A stretch of 64,000 bases of DNA, taken from positions 64,001-128,000 of the forward strand of contig CAVVXH010000010.1 in assembly GCA_963752155.1 (NCBI GenBank). Direction: 5' to 3'. Within the stretch, counting starts at the first letter, position 1. Every line of letters begins with the position of its first letter. This DNA is from an uncultured Parachlamydiaceae bacterium (lineage in GTDB: Bacteria; Chlamydiota; Chlamydiia; Chlamydiales; Parachlamydiaceae). This document shows, one piece after another, positions 30,724-39,559 of this stretch. The position numbers and the translations under genes are program-made. Below the pieces are notes generated by a model. That model saw nothing but the letters and a program-made list of their open reading frames with translations. It did not search any database and was not told where the DNA came from.

Positions 30724-31471
30724 ATGCATCAAAGCATAGAAAACTTGGTAAAAAATAAAATTATCGACCATGGTCGAGGGTGGTGTTTTATGAAAATAAT
30801 TTATCTTTTTTTGCTTCTTATCTTTACAGCCTGTTCTTCAGACTCAAATAAAAGATTGGATAATGTCGAGGAAATCAAAAAAGATTTTATCGCCACTATT
30901 TTAACCGAAAGCGTTTTAGATGAAGGGCCTTTTCAAATGAATTATCATTTAAGAGCCATTTTATTTTCAGATAACGTGGTGAGTCTTATGGGAGATATTT
31001 TTGTATTTGCACATCTGCCACATGGATGGACTCGCTATGAAGGTAAAACATATGTCAAAACCAATGGCTCTTTCAAAGAAATCGCATTAAATGATTTATT
31101 TCCACAACCCAGTCAAAAGGAATTTTTACGGAGCTATTGCGAAAACTTTTTCAAGCATCATGGCGATTGTAGCTACTTTCAGAGGGACTGATCCATTGTG
31201 TAATCACCTAGATCAAGAACTGATTAAGACATTTGTAGTAGATCACGAATCTCTTATTTTAGTTTTTCAACCTTATGCTGTAGGTGGATTGGCTGATGTT
31301 CCCTTTACAGTTAAAATTCCGTTCACTGAGCTAATTGGAAAATGGCAAGCAGGCAATCCACTGGAAAAGCATCTACCAATTACTAAAAATTTTCTTTCTT
31401 CATGGGATAAGGACAATTGGATCAGCGATGTCCAAGAAGATCATTCAATTGCATATCAAAAGGAGGCACAG
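30724..31471 (+). CDS. RsiV/DUF3298-like lipoprotein (frameshift ~31185) carrying an N-terminal 22-aa DUF6088-like remnant
   Basis: MHQSIENLVKNKIIDHGRGWCF, then lipobox MKIIYLFLLLIFTAC, HLPHGWT and FQPYAVGGLADVPFTVKIPF. Confidence 0.55.
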
Positions 31472-31840
31472 ATGCAACAAGAAACATTTTCAAAAGATTT
31501 TGGCGATGTGCAATTAAAGAAGTCAGGCATTGGACAATTTCAAGATGGCCTAGGTGTTTTTGCTAAAAGAGATTTCAAAGCAGGAGAAATTGTAATCAAA
31601 TGGAATCTTAAAGCTCTAACCGAACAACAGTATCAAGATCTGTCTTTATATGAAAAAGAAAATTTTTGTCATAACCGAGAGGGTATCCAATGGCTCTACC
31701 CTGATCCTGAAAGACATGTTAACCGATTCAAAAATCCAAATGTCGTGCCAAACTTTGAAATGCAAGCAAACATTGCTTTACGAGACATTAAAAAAGGAGA
31801 GGAGTTATCCATTGCACAAGACACGATAGAGGATTTTTGA
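31472..31840 (+). CDS. SET-domain protein (in frame with the upstream DUF3298-like part, own RBS)
   Basis: aaggagg-cacag-ATG, then KKSGI..GLGVFAKRDFKAGE, RHVNRFKNPN and IALRDIKKGEELS. Confidence 0.75.
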   Translation: MQQETFSKDFGDVQLKKSGIGQFQDGLGVFAKRDFKAGEIVIKWNLKALTEQQYQDLSLYEKENFCHNREGIQWLYPDPERHVNRFKNPNVVPNFEMQANIALRDIKKGEELSIAQDTIEDF

Positions 31841-31935
31841 TAATTTCCGCCTTTAAGCCAACAGGCAAAATTTTATACTCCGAAATGGGCGAGAAAACTT
31901 AATCTGCAAGATATGTCAAAAGATGCTCAAAAAGT

Positions 31936-32892
31936 TTACTCATTCCCAGAGTTGCCATTTTTCTCCCCAATCTCCTTTCTAAAGAAGAGGTTATCAAAAG
32001 GGTTTTCTTCAAACCCACGTGGCAAATCTTTTTGACTCATCGGAGTAAAACCACATTTTGAGTAAAATTTGTGTGCCGCATGAAATTTGTCAACAGTGCC
32101 TAAGATCAAAAAATCAAGCTTATGTTTTGATGCTGCCTTTAAAAGCGTATTCATCAGTTTTTGAGCGACCCCCTTACTTCTGTAGTCTTTGATTACAAAA
32201 AGTTTTTTGATTTCCCCATACTGATTGTTAATTTTTTTCAATCCTATGCTTCCAAGAATTCTTCCTTCATCATTGACGGCATACCAAAAATTATACGAAT
32301 TGTTGTAATAAAATTCCTCTTCGGCTTTCAATACACCGGAATTAGTTTCTTTTGTAATTGGAATCAAAAACTCTTTTTCTTGGATATCAGAAATCATACG
32401 CACAATTTGCTTTCTGATAGTCCTAGAAGTGGAAAGAGTGACTATTTTTATTTCTTCGCGAATTGCTCTGCTTTTTTCTAATGCCTCACCATACATGGTG
32501 ATAGCACCGATGATTTGATGAATTTCTTCATCTGTTAAAAATTCAAAAGCCCCTCTAATTTTTGATTCAGAAAATACGTTGATTTTTCGGATTTCCATCC
32601 GTCCTCTATCTGTCAAAAATAAAGATTTCTCTCGCTTATCATTGCCTTCTTTAAAATTCAAGAATCCATTTTTAGCCAAAGATTTTACTAATCGAGAGAT
32701 CGTAGAAATAGACATGATCAATAAACGTCCCAATTCAGAAATTGTGATTCCAGGGGATTTAGCCACTTCTATCAAAGCATGCCAATGCCCAGGAGTTTTC
32801 TGAGAGTTTTCTGGGTCTAGTTCCAACATTCCTAGCTCTCGAATTAATTTTCTTGCTGTATACCTCAATGCCTCAATTTGCTTTTCTTTCAT
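31936..32892 (-). CDS. Bifunctional MarR HTH / GNAT acetyltransferase
   Basis: MarR wing DKREKSLFLTDRG. GNAT EIKKLFVIKDYRSKGVAQKLM and AHKFYSKCGF. Confidence 0.9.
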   Translation of the reverse strand: MKEKQIEALRYTARKLIRELGMLELDPENSQKTPGHWHALIEVAKSPGITISELGRLLIMSISTISRLVKSLAKNGFLNFKEGNDKREKSLFLTDRGRMEIRKINVFSESKIRGAFEFLTDEEIHQIIGAITMYGEALEKSRAIREEIKIVTLSTSRTIRKQIVRMISDIQEKEFLIPITKETNSGVLKAEEEFYYNNSYNFWYAVNDEGRILGSIGLKKINNQYGEIKKLFVIKDYRSKGVAQKLMNTLLKAASKHKLDFLILGTVDKFHAAHKFYSKCGFTPMSQKDLPRGFEENPFDNLFFRKEIGEKNGNSGNE

Positions 32893-32918
32893 CCATAAAC
32901 TCCTTGCTTTCTACAACT

Positions 32919-32963
32919 ATTTTAACAAATATACTTGCATATTTCAAGCTTATTTGTTAAAAT
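32919..32963. promoter_or_regulatory. 13-bp perfect inverted repeat, putative MarR operator
   Basis: attttaacaaata-N19-tatttgttaaaat in the divergent promoter region. Confidence 0.5.
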
Positions 32964-32996
32964 CATGGGGAAAACTAAAACTAAGGATACTTATCT

Positions 32997-33155
32997 ATGG
33001 AACCTTCCACTAATGTTCTGGCTGTGGCTTTAATTTCTCTTATTGCAGCGATCAGCCCTGGTATCGTAGGGAAGATCGATCAATATCGAATTTATGTCGA
33101 CAGAGTAATGGGAGGAATTTTCATGCTGCTCGGATTCAAGATGCTTTTTATTTGA
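32997..33155 (+). pseudogene. Internally deleted LysE/RhtB translocator remnant (52 aa)
   Basis: MEPSTNVLAVALISLIAAISPG (LysE-like N-terminus) is joined directly to YRIYVDRVMGGIFMLLGFKMLFI (LysE-like C-terminal helix). Confidence 0.65.
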
Positions 33156-33207
33156 TAACCCCGTTTGTCCATTTTTAGGACAATCTAATACCACTAGGAG
33201 ATTAATT

Positions 33208-33990
33208 ATGAGCGATGATAATTCAAAACAGGTACGAGCTCTATATATGGAAGATTCGCGGGACAAATTTATGACCGTGATCACAAAAGTAGGCGCCGGC
33301 GAGATCAATAAGAAGAACTACAAATGGATACAGCTTGATGAAACGATCTTTCATCCTAAAGGCGGTGGACAACCTTCTGATGAAGGTATGATTGGAGGCG
33401 TCAAGGTAGCCTATGTACATAAAGAATTTTTCGATAAAAACCACCTAGATAAATTTGAGATTTATCATTGTTTTGAAACCGACCAACCTTTCAACTTCAA
33501 AGTTGGTGATGAAGTAGAACTGCTGGTAGATGCATCCATAAGATTGCTACACTCGCGTTTACATACCGCTGGCCATGTATTGGCTGAGGCTGTAAACAAG
33601 TGTTTTCCTGAGCTCGAAGGTTATCAAGGCAACCACTACCCAAACAACAGTTATGTGAAATTCAAAATACGTGCCCCGATGCCAGTTGAAAACAAAGAAG
33701 ATATCAAACAAAAAACCGAGGTAGAATTCAATTCCTGGATTGATCAAAACCTAGAGGTTGCTGAATTGTTGGACCCATCGGGCATTCGTATCGTTAAAGT
33801 CTTTAAGAATTGGTCTCCTTGTGGCGGAACCCATGTCAAGAGTTTGAAAGAAATCGGTCGAATGGAGATTTCTGATCTGTCGATAAACAAAAAAGAAGGC
33901 ATAGTCACCATAAAGTATTGCTTATTGGATGAGAGTCATTGTTTTTGGAATTATAGCTCAAACTACGAAAGAGATTCATCTTTTATCTAA
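33208..33990 (+). CDS. AlaX-like alanyl-tRNA editing protein
   Basis: LDETIFHPKGGGQPSDEG, HSRLHTAGHVL and PCGGTHV. Confidence 0.9.
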   Translation: MSDDNSKQVRALYMEDSRDKFMTVITKVGAGEINKKNYKWIQLDETIFHPKGGGQPSDEGMIGGVKVAYVHKEFFDKNHLDKFEIYHCFETDQPFNFKVGDEVELLVDASIRLLHSRLHTAGHVLAEAVNKCFPELEGYQGNHYPNNSYVKFKIRAPMPVENKEDIKQKTEVEFNSWIDQNLEVAELLDPSGIRIVKVFKNWSPCGGTHVKSLKEIGRMEISDLSINKKEGIVTIKYCLLDESHCFWNYSSNYERDSSFI

Positions 33991-34060
33991 AAATGAATGC
34001 TGTCATTCTCTGCGCGACGTTTTTCGACCAAAACCTTGCCATTTCTTCCTCCCCCATTTT

Positions 34061-34437
34061 CGGATCCAAAATATGTGACTTCTAATTAAGTATGCACCCC
34101 TGATTATAACATCCAAGAACTTTTTGGAGTGCTGTGGCCCTGCCACAGCGCGTGAAGAAGGTTTAGATGATAAAGCATGCAATAAAAAAAATTTCCCTTT
34201 CGGTTGGCAAGGGTTTTGTTGTTTTACAAATCCGTTCTTGACATACATTTATGGTCTGAATGAAGCTACGAGTAGGAGGCCTGTCATAAAGCGAGACAAC
34301 ATCCTATAATTTTTAATTGCATACTTTATGACTAAACCTTCTTCACGCGCTGTGGCAGAGCCACAGCACTCCAAAAAGTCTTTGTATGTTATAATCAGGG
34401 GTGCATACTTAATTAGAAGTCACATATTTTGGATCCG
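34061..34437. repeat. MITE/REPIN-like element with ~106-bp inverted arms
   Basis: 34061-34166 and 34332-34437 are near-perfect reverse complements. Each has an internal gctgtggc...gccacagc hairpin. Confidence 0.85.
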
Positions 34438-34475
34438 GCGCCGCAAGCAACTGTCTCGCTCTGCGTTTATTAACT

Positions 34476-35465
34476 TCAACCTCGAGGGTGGGCATTTTTA
34501 TGAGTTTTTTTCTTCAATTTAGACGAAACGTGCGTATAAATAGTCGTTGTGGCCAGCGTGCTATGTCCAAGTAAAAGCTGAATTGTTTTGAGATCCATTC
34601 CATTTTCAAGCCAGTGGGTAGCAATTGTGTGACGGATCGTATGCGGTGTCGCTTTTCCAGCCAATCCACTTGCTGCAATGTAGTGTTTAAAATTACGGTC
34701 AATCGAGCGGGTTGTCAGGCGAGTGCCCAAACAATTTAAAAAAATTGCCTTAGGATCTTGTTCAGGGAGATGCCCTTCCGTTGGCAGATACCTCTCTTTG
34801 GCATTTAAATAAGAAGTGATCCAGGTAGCAGCATTTTTGGTGATCGGGACGATTCGTTCTTTTTTTCCTTTTCCTTTAAGTTTAATTAAAAGAGCAGCAG
34901 GATCAAAATTTTCACGATCTAAACCTGCTAATTCGCTGACTCGCAATCCAGAGCTATAAAACAACTCTAAAATGGTTCTATCTCTCATCCCAAGGTAGTT
35001 AGAGGTGTCCGGCTGTGAAAAAAGATGTTGTACTTGTTCGTACGTCAGGGAATGTGGTAACATTTTGTCGAATTTTGGCGTTTCGATCTCCTCTGTAGGA
35101 TTTTTTGAAATGAACTTTTGGGCACAGCAGAAGGTAAAGAAAGTTCGCAAAGCACAAAGTCGGCGCGCGATCGTTCGTTTATTTTCCTTTTTATTGAAGA
35201 GAAAAGTGAGAAATTCACGAATCGTCTTTCGATCGATTGAATCCAGGATGATGAGCGAATCCTGAGGGTGCTGACATTCGTTATAAAGTTTTTGATAGTC
35301 AATTTTGCTTGGCAATTCGAGTTTAGGGATTTTGGAAAAATATTCAGATTCTAAAAAAAATTTAAGGCTATTTAAATCGATCGCATAATTGCGGATGGTG
35401 TGTTCAGAGCTATTTTTTACAGCTCTTAAGTAGTATAGAAATTGATAAACCGTGGGTATGAACAT
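34476..35465 (-). CDS. xerC: Tyrosine recombinase XerC
   Basis: SEHTIRNYAIDL, LFYSSGLRVSEL, KGKGKKERIVP, TPHTIRHTIATH and LLGHSTLATTTIY. Confidence 0.9.
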   Translation of the reverse strand: MFIPTVYQFLYYLRAVKNSSEHTIRNYAIDLNSLKFFLESEYFSKIPKLELPSKIDYQKLYNECQHPQDSLIILDSIDRKTIREFLTFLFNKKENKRTIARRLCALRTFFTFCCAQKFISKNPTEEIETPKFDKMLPHSLTYEQVQHLFSQPDTSNYLGMRDRTILELFYSSGLRVSELAGLDRENFDPAALLIKLKGKGKKERIVPITKNAATWITSYLNAKERYLPTEGHLPEQDPKAIFLNCLGTRLTTRSIDRNFKHYIAASGLAGKATPHTIRHTIATHWLENGMDLKTIQLLLGHSTLATTTIYTHVSSKLKKKTHKNAHPRG

Positions 35466-35606
35466 GAGCGGCTTGGTGTATTCGTGTAGGTATTGCCACT
35501 ATAATTGAAATATGATTTTTCTACTTCCTAAAAAAAAGTGTTTTTTTTCTCCTTTTAACGACACAAATATGTGCTCTTAAGCTACACTTAAGGTTTAGGG
35601 GTGAGT

Positions 35607-36854
35607 ATGATATTAACATTTTTAGATTTTTTAAAATTTCAGTTCGCGCACAAAGGGGTGTATGTTCTTTCACAGTACTCTGTGAGAATGATTCTTGCTG
35701 CGTTAACATCTTTGCTGTTGGTGATTTTTTTAGGGCCTTGGTTTATTCGAGTTGTCGGAAAGATAAAAAATACCCAACCTGCACGTACTGAAGACTGTCC
35801 GGCACTGAAACAGATGCATCAGGTTAAAAGAGGGACTCCGAAGATGGGAGGAGTATTGATTCTCTTTTCAATGTTAATCGCTATGTTGTTGTGGATGGAT
35901 CTCACTCACATTTTTACGCTCATCTTATTTTTGACGACTTTGGTTTTTGGCCTCTTGGGTGCTTCTGATGACTATCTGAAGCTTAAATATAGCAACAATA
36001 AGGGGATTTCAGCGAAGAAGAAGCTCCTTTGCCAAGCTGTTGTTTCAAGTTTCCTTGCATTTTATCTTTTATCCCCTGTTGCTTCTGAAACAATTTCGGC
36101 AGGGACTTGGTTCCAGGCACCAACGATTAAAGAACAGATTGTGCAAAATGTTGAGAAGGTTGGGGGAAGCAATGAAGTCGACGAACAACTTATACAACAT
36201 CAACAGTTAACCCTAAGAGAATATGCTTCTCGATTCTATGTCCCTTTTTTAAAAGAGCCCCTATTTGTTCTTTCAGGCGTATTTCTATTGCTTGCTCCTC
36301 TGCTCATTATTTTTGTAGTTGCCGGTTCCTCGAATGCAGTGAATTTGACTGATGGCCTCGATGGCCTTGCTACGGGTTGTTTGATTATGGTTTCGAGTTG
36401 TTTAGCGCTTTTTGCTTTTGTTTCTAATCATCTAGACCTCTCGGGGTATTTGAACATCTTGTATGTTGAAGGAAGTGGAGAAATTGCGATCTATCTAAGT
36501 GCCTTAGTGGGTGCATGTATTGGTTTTCTGTGGTATAATGGTCATCCGGCGCAGATTATTATGGGGGATACGGGGTCGCTCGCATTAGGCGGGATTATAG
36601 GCGTTGCAGCAGTCCTTTTAAAACGAGAAGCTCTTCTAGGACTTGTTGGGGGAGTGTTTGTTGTGGAAACTCTTTCAGTCATTGTACAGGTAATGAGTTA
36701 TCGATATCGCAATAAAAAACGTATTTTTCGATGCACCCCATTGCATCATCATTTCGAATGTATTGGATGGCCAGAAAGTAAAGTCGTAATTCGATTTTGG
36801 ATCGTAGGGCTCCTTTTGGCAATAATTGGAATGTCATCATTAAAATTTCAATAA
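35607..36854 (+). CDS. mraY: Phospho-N-acetylmuramoyl-pentapeptide transferase
   Basis: KRGTPKMGG, SNAVNLTDGLDGLA, MGDTGSLALG and PLHHHFE. Confidence 0.96.
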   Translation: MILTFLDFLKFQFAHKGVYVLSQYSVRMILAALTSLLLVIFLGPWFIRVVGKIKNTQPARTEDCPALKQMHQVKRGTPKMGGVLILFSMLIAMLLWMDLTHIFTLILFLTTLVFGLLGASDDYLKLKYSNNKGISAKKKLLCQAVVSSFLAFYLLSPVASETISAGTWFQAPTIKEQIVQNVEKVGGSNEVDEQLIQHQQLTLREYASRFYVPFLKEPLFVLSGVFLLLAPLLIIFVVAGSSNAVNLTDGLDGLATGCLIMVSSCLALFAFVSNHLDLSGYLNILYVEGSGEIAIYLSALVGACIGFLWYNGHPAQIIMGDTGSLALGGIIGVAAVLLKREALLGLVGGVFVVETLSVIVQVMSYRYRNKKRIFRCTPLHHHFECIGWPESKVVIRFWIVGLLLAIIGMSSLKFQ

Positions 36855-36866
36855 ATAAGACGAAGA

Positions 36867-38243
36867 ATGAATTTAGATTTACAAGGACAATCAGTTTTAA
36901 TTATCGGTCTTGGCATTAGTGGAAAGTCTGCGGCGCGTTATTTGTTAACGACAGGATCTCATGTGTGGGCTATTGATGATAAATTTTCAGCAATTAAAGC
37001 CTCTGCAGAAATATCCAAATTACAATCCGATGGATTAAAGTGTATCGAAAACCCAGAGTCCTTTGAAAAGCTTCGACTGCTCGATTTTGATTTAGTTGTT
37101 GTTTCTCCGGGTGTGCCAAAAAATCATCCATTCTATGCTTTAGCCATCCAAAAGAATGTGCCGATCATTGGTGAAATTGAGTTAGCACTGAGACAGTTTG
37201 CTAAAAAAAATTGTAAATGTATTGGTGTGACCGGAACAAATGGAAAGACAACAGTCAATTTTATGTTGGAGCACATTTTTAATGAAAATGGGATTTCGGC
37301 AAAAGCTGTGGGAAATTCAGGCATTCCTTTGACATCACTGCTACTCGATTCATCTGTACCTATGCCGGAGATTTTAGCTATTGAACTGAGTTCATTTCAG
37401 CTAGAAACATTGCAGACTCCTATTTTAGATGCAGCTGTTTTGTTGAACATTACTCCGGATCACTTAGATCGCTATGCTTCTATGGTGGAGTATGCCGAAG
37501 CTAAAGCCCATATTTTTGCTTGTGTCAAATCAGATCGAATCTCTTATGTTGATGAAAATTGCTATTTAGCTTTTAAAACTATTCTGGAAAAGTATTCATT
37601 AAAGACTTATGGTTATAGACCTTCCTGCAATCTTTATTCGAATTTTGATCAAATACTTTGGAATGGCAGTATTGAATGCGCACTGCCCTTAGAGTATCAG
37701 GGGAAGGTGAGCCATGATCTTGAAAATATGTTGGCCGTATATGGCATAGGAAGAGAATTCGGTCTAGCTACTGAAAATATCATGCGAGCTTTGTTATCTT
37801 TTAAAAAGCCTCCTCATCGCTTAGAATTTGTGAAAGAAATTGAGGGAGTTACCTATATCAATGATAGCAAAGCTACAAATATTGATGCCGTGATTCGTGC
37901 TGTAGAGTCAATTCAGACTTCGATCATCCTGATTGCAGGGGGTGTTGACAAGGGGAGTCCTTATACTCCTTGGTTGGAGCCATTTGCTGGTCGCGTGAAG
38001 GCCATCTGTACAATTGGGCAGGCAGCAGAAAAAATAAAGAATGAATTGCACCATCATTTTCCAATCTATCCCTTTAAAACTTTTGATGAAGCTATCATTT
38101 TTGCTGCCGGATTGGCTCAGCCTACGGAAACCGTGCTTCTTTCTCCGGGGTGTGCAAGCTTTGATATGTTCTCAAGCTATGCCCATCGAGGGGAAACGTT
38201 TAAAACTATTATAAACAATTTAGCCTTAGGGGGGAATCCATGA
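36867..38243 (+). CDS. murD: UDP-MurNAc-L-Ala-D-glutamate ligase
   Basis: GLGISG, SPGVP, GVTGTNGKTT, ELSSFQL, DHLDRY, NDSKATN and LLSPGCASFD. Confidence 0.96.
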   Translation: MNLDLQGQSVLIIGLGISGKSAARYLLTTGSHVWAIDDKFSAIKASAEISKLQSDGLKCIENPESFEKLRLLDFDLVVVSPGVPKNHPFYALAIQKNVPIIGEIELALRQFAKKNCKCIGVTGTNGKTTVNFMLEHIFNENGISAKAVGNSGIPLTSLLLDSSVPMPEILAIELSSFQLETLQTPILDAAVLLNITPDHLDRYASMVEYAEAKAHIFACVKSDRISYVDENCYLAFKTILEKYSLKTYGYRPSCNLYSNFDQILWNGSIECALPLEYQGKVSHDLENMLAVYGIGREFGLATENIMRALLSFKKPPHRLEFVKEIEGVTYINDSKATNIDAVIRAVESIQTSIILIAGGVDKGSPYTPWLEPFAGRVKAICTIGQAAEKIKNELHHHFPIYPFKTFDEAIIFAAGLAQPTETVLLSPGCASFDMFSSYAHRGETFKTIINNLALGGNP

Positions 38244-38980
38244 CCCGTCGAGATACCATCATTGTTGCTGTACTTCTAAACGCTACCGTCATCGCCATAT
38301 TGTTAATGATGGCTATTACTACAGATGATGAAATCTTGCAGGTTCCTCCAGAACGCACTTTTGAATTGGCTAAAGAAGCTTTGCCCAATACAGAAGATAG
38401 GCCTTTTGAAACGATGGTCAAGAAATCAGAAGGTCCCATTGTGATTGATTTGGAAGCGATTGGATTTGACAATATGTTGAGTGATGATTTTAATTCCTCA
38501 TCGGATGATCTTTTTCTCCTCGATGATGATTTGAACGGTCTTTCTCTTGAAAAACCTCTTGCACAAACATCACAAAGTTTACCTAAACCAGCTCGAGAGT
38601 CAAATGAAACCATCGTTGAAATAGTTGTCAAGAAAGGGGATAGTCTGGACAAGATTGCACGGGCAAATAATACCACAATTGAAGAGATTAAACGCGCCAC
38701 TCAACTCAAAAGTGAAAAGTTATCGATTGGTCAGTTGTTAAAAGTTCCTGTGGGTAGCAAAAAATCTACCTTCGTGCAGGTTGCGAACAATGATCTTGGA
38801 GCATCGACGAAGGCGGCTGTTCCAACTGAAGCAGTATATTACGTTGTAAAAAGCGGGGATAACCCCTGGAAAATTGCTAAGCAACAGCAAGTGGACATGG
38901 ATGATCTTTTGCGCCTTAATCATCTCAACGAAGAGAAAGCTAGAAATTTGAAGCCTGGCGATAAGATTCGTATTCGATAA
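38240..38980 (+). CDS. Membrane-anchored double-LysM protein (chlamydial NlpD-like)
   Basis: N-terminal TM (RRDTIIVAVLLNA), two LysM motifs VKKGDSLDKIA and VKSGDNPWKIA, and synteny with murD. Confidence 0.88.
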   Translation: MTRRDTIIVAVLLNATVIAILLMMAITTDDEILQVPPERTFELAKEALPNTEDRPFETMVKKSEGPIVIDLEAIGFDNMLSDDFNSSSDDLFLLDDDLNGLSLEKPLAQTSQSLPKPARESNETIVEIVVKKGDSLDKIARANNTTIEEIKRATQLKSEKLSIGQLLKVPVGSKKSTFVQVANNDLGASTKAAVPTEAVYYVVKSGDNPWKIAKQQQVDMDDLLRLNHLNEEKARNLKPGDKIRIR

Positions 38981-39049
38981 GTCATTATCTAGACTAAGGG
39001 GCTGTGCAACAATAACTTGCCAATCATACAAGTTATTATTGCTCAATCC

Positions 39050-39559
39050 CTAACCTTTCAGCTTTTCAGCAATAGCCCCCTGTAAAGCAGCTAAGTCTAA
39101 ATTCAAAAGAGATACTTTTCTCACAGGTAGCATCTCTTCTGTTTCATTCACTTCAAATAAACTGTACTGATCTCCTAAAGGATCTGTAAAGTCTTTCCTG
39201 AACACTAAAATACGCTTACGGACTAAATAAAGAGCTAGTAAAAGCGCTTGGTTACAATTGTCAGGTATTGGATTTTGAAGAAGGGTCTTTAGATATTCTA
39301 GCGCCCTCAGTCCCTTGGTCTGAGGCATCGAAATCGATCCTCTGCGGACAGGGAGGACCCCTTTCCAGTAACATGTATAAGATTTAGATTGAATTTCTTT
39401 TGTATCATCATGCCAACAAACATTGCAATAATCAAATCTTTCGGTTTTTAAGAGCGCCGAATAATAAATGCTGCCCGGAGAAAGAAGCGCTTGGCATTCA
39501 ATACAGTGATTGCAATGGCGAGGGATTTCAGGTTGAAGGAGCATACTAACTCTTACCAT
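39050..39559 (-). CDS. Conserved hypothetical protein with Cys motifs
   Basis: 169 aa with CxxC pairs (CIEC, CNVC). Overlaps the pgi stop. Confidence 0.7.
   Translation of the reverse strand: MVRVSMLLQPEIPRHCNHCIECQALLSPGSIYYSALLKTERFDYCNVCWHDDTKEIQSKSYTCYWKGVLPVRRGSISMPQTKGLRALEYLKTLLQNPIPDNCNQALLLALYLVRKRILVFRKDFTDPLGDQYSLFEVNETEEMLPVRKVSLLNLDLAALQGAIAEKLKG

Noticed and set aside
34003..34522. Two similar small ORFs (KPSSRAVA.PQHSKK...) on opposite strands
   Set aside because: They are by-products of the 106-bp inverted arms.
34476..35465. Phage or island integrase explaining the tmRNA att fragment
   Set aside because: Size, motifs and core-gene context fit housekeeping XerC.
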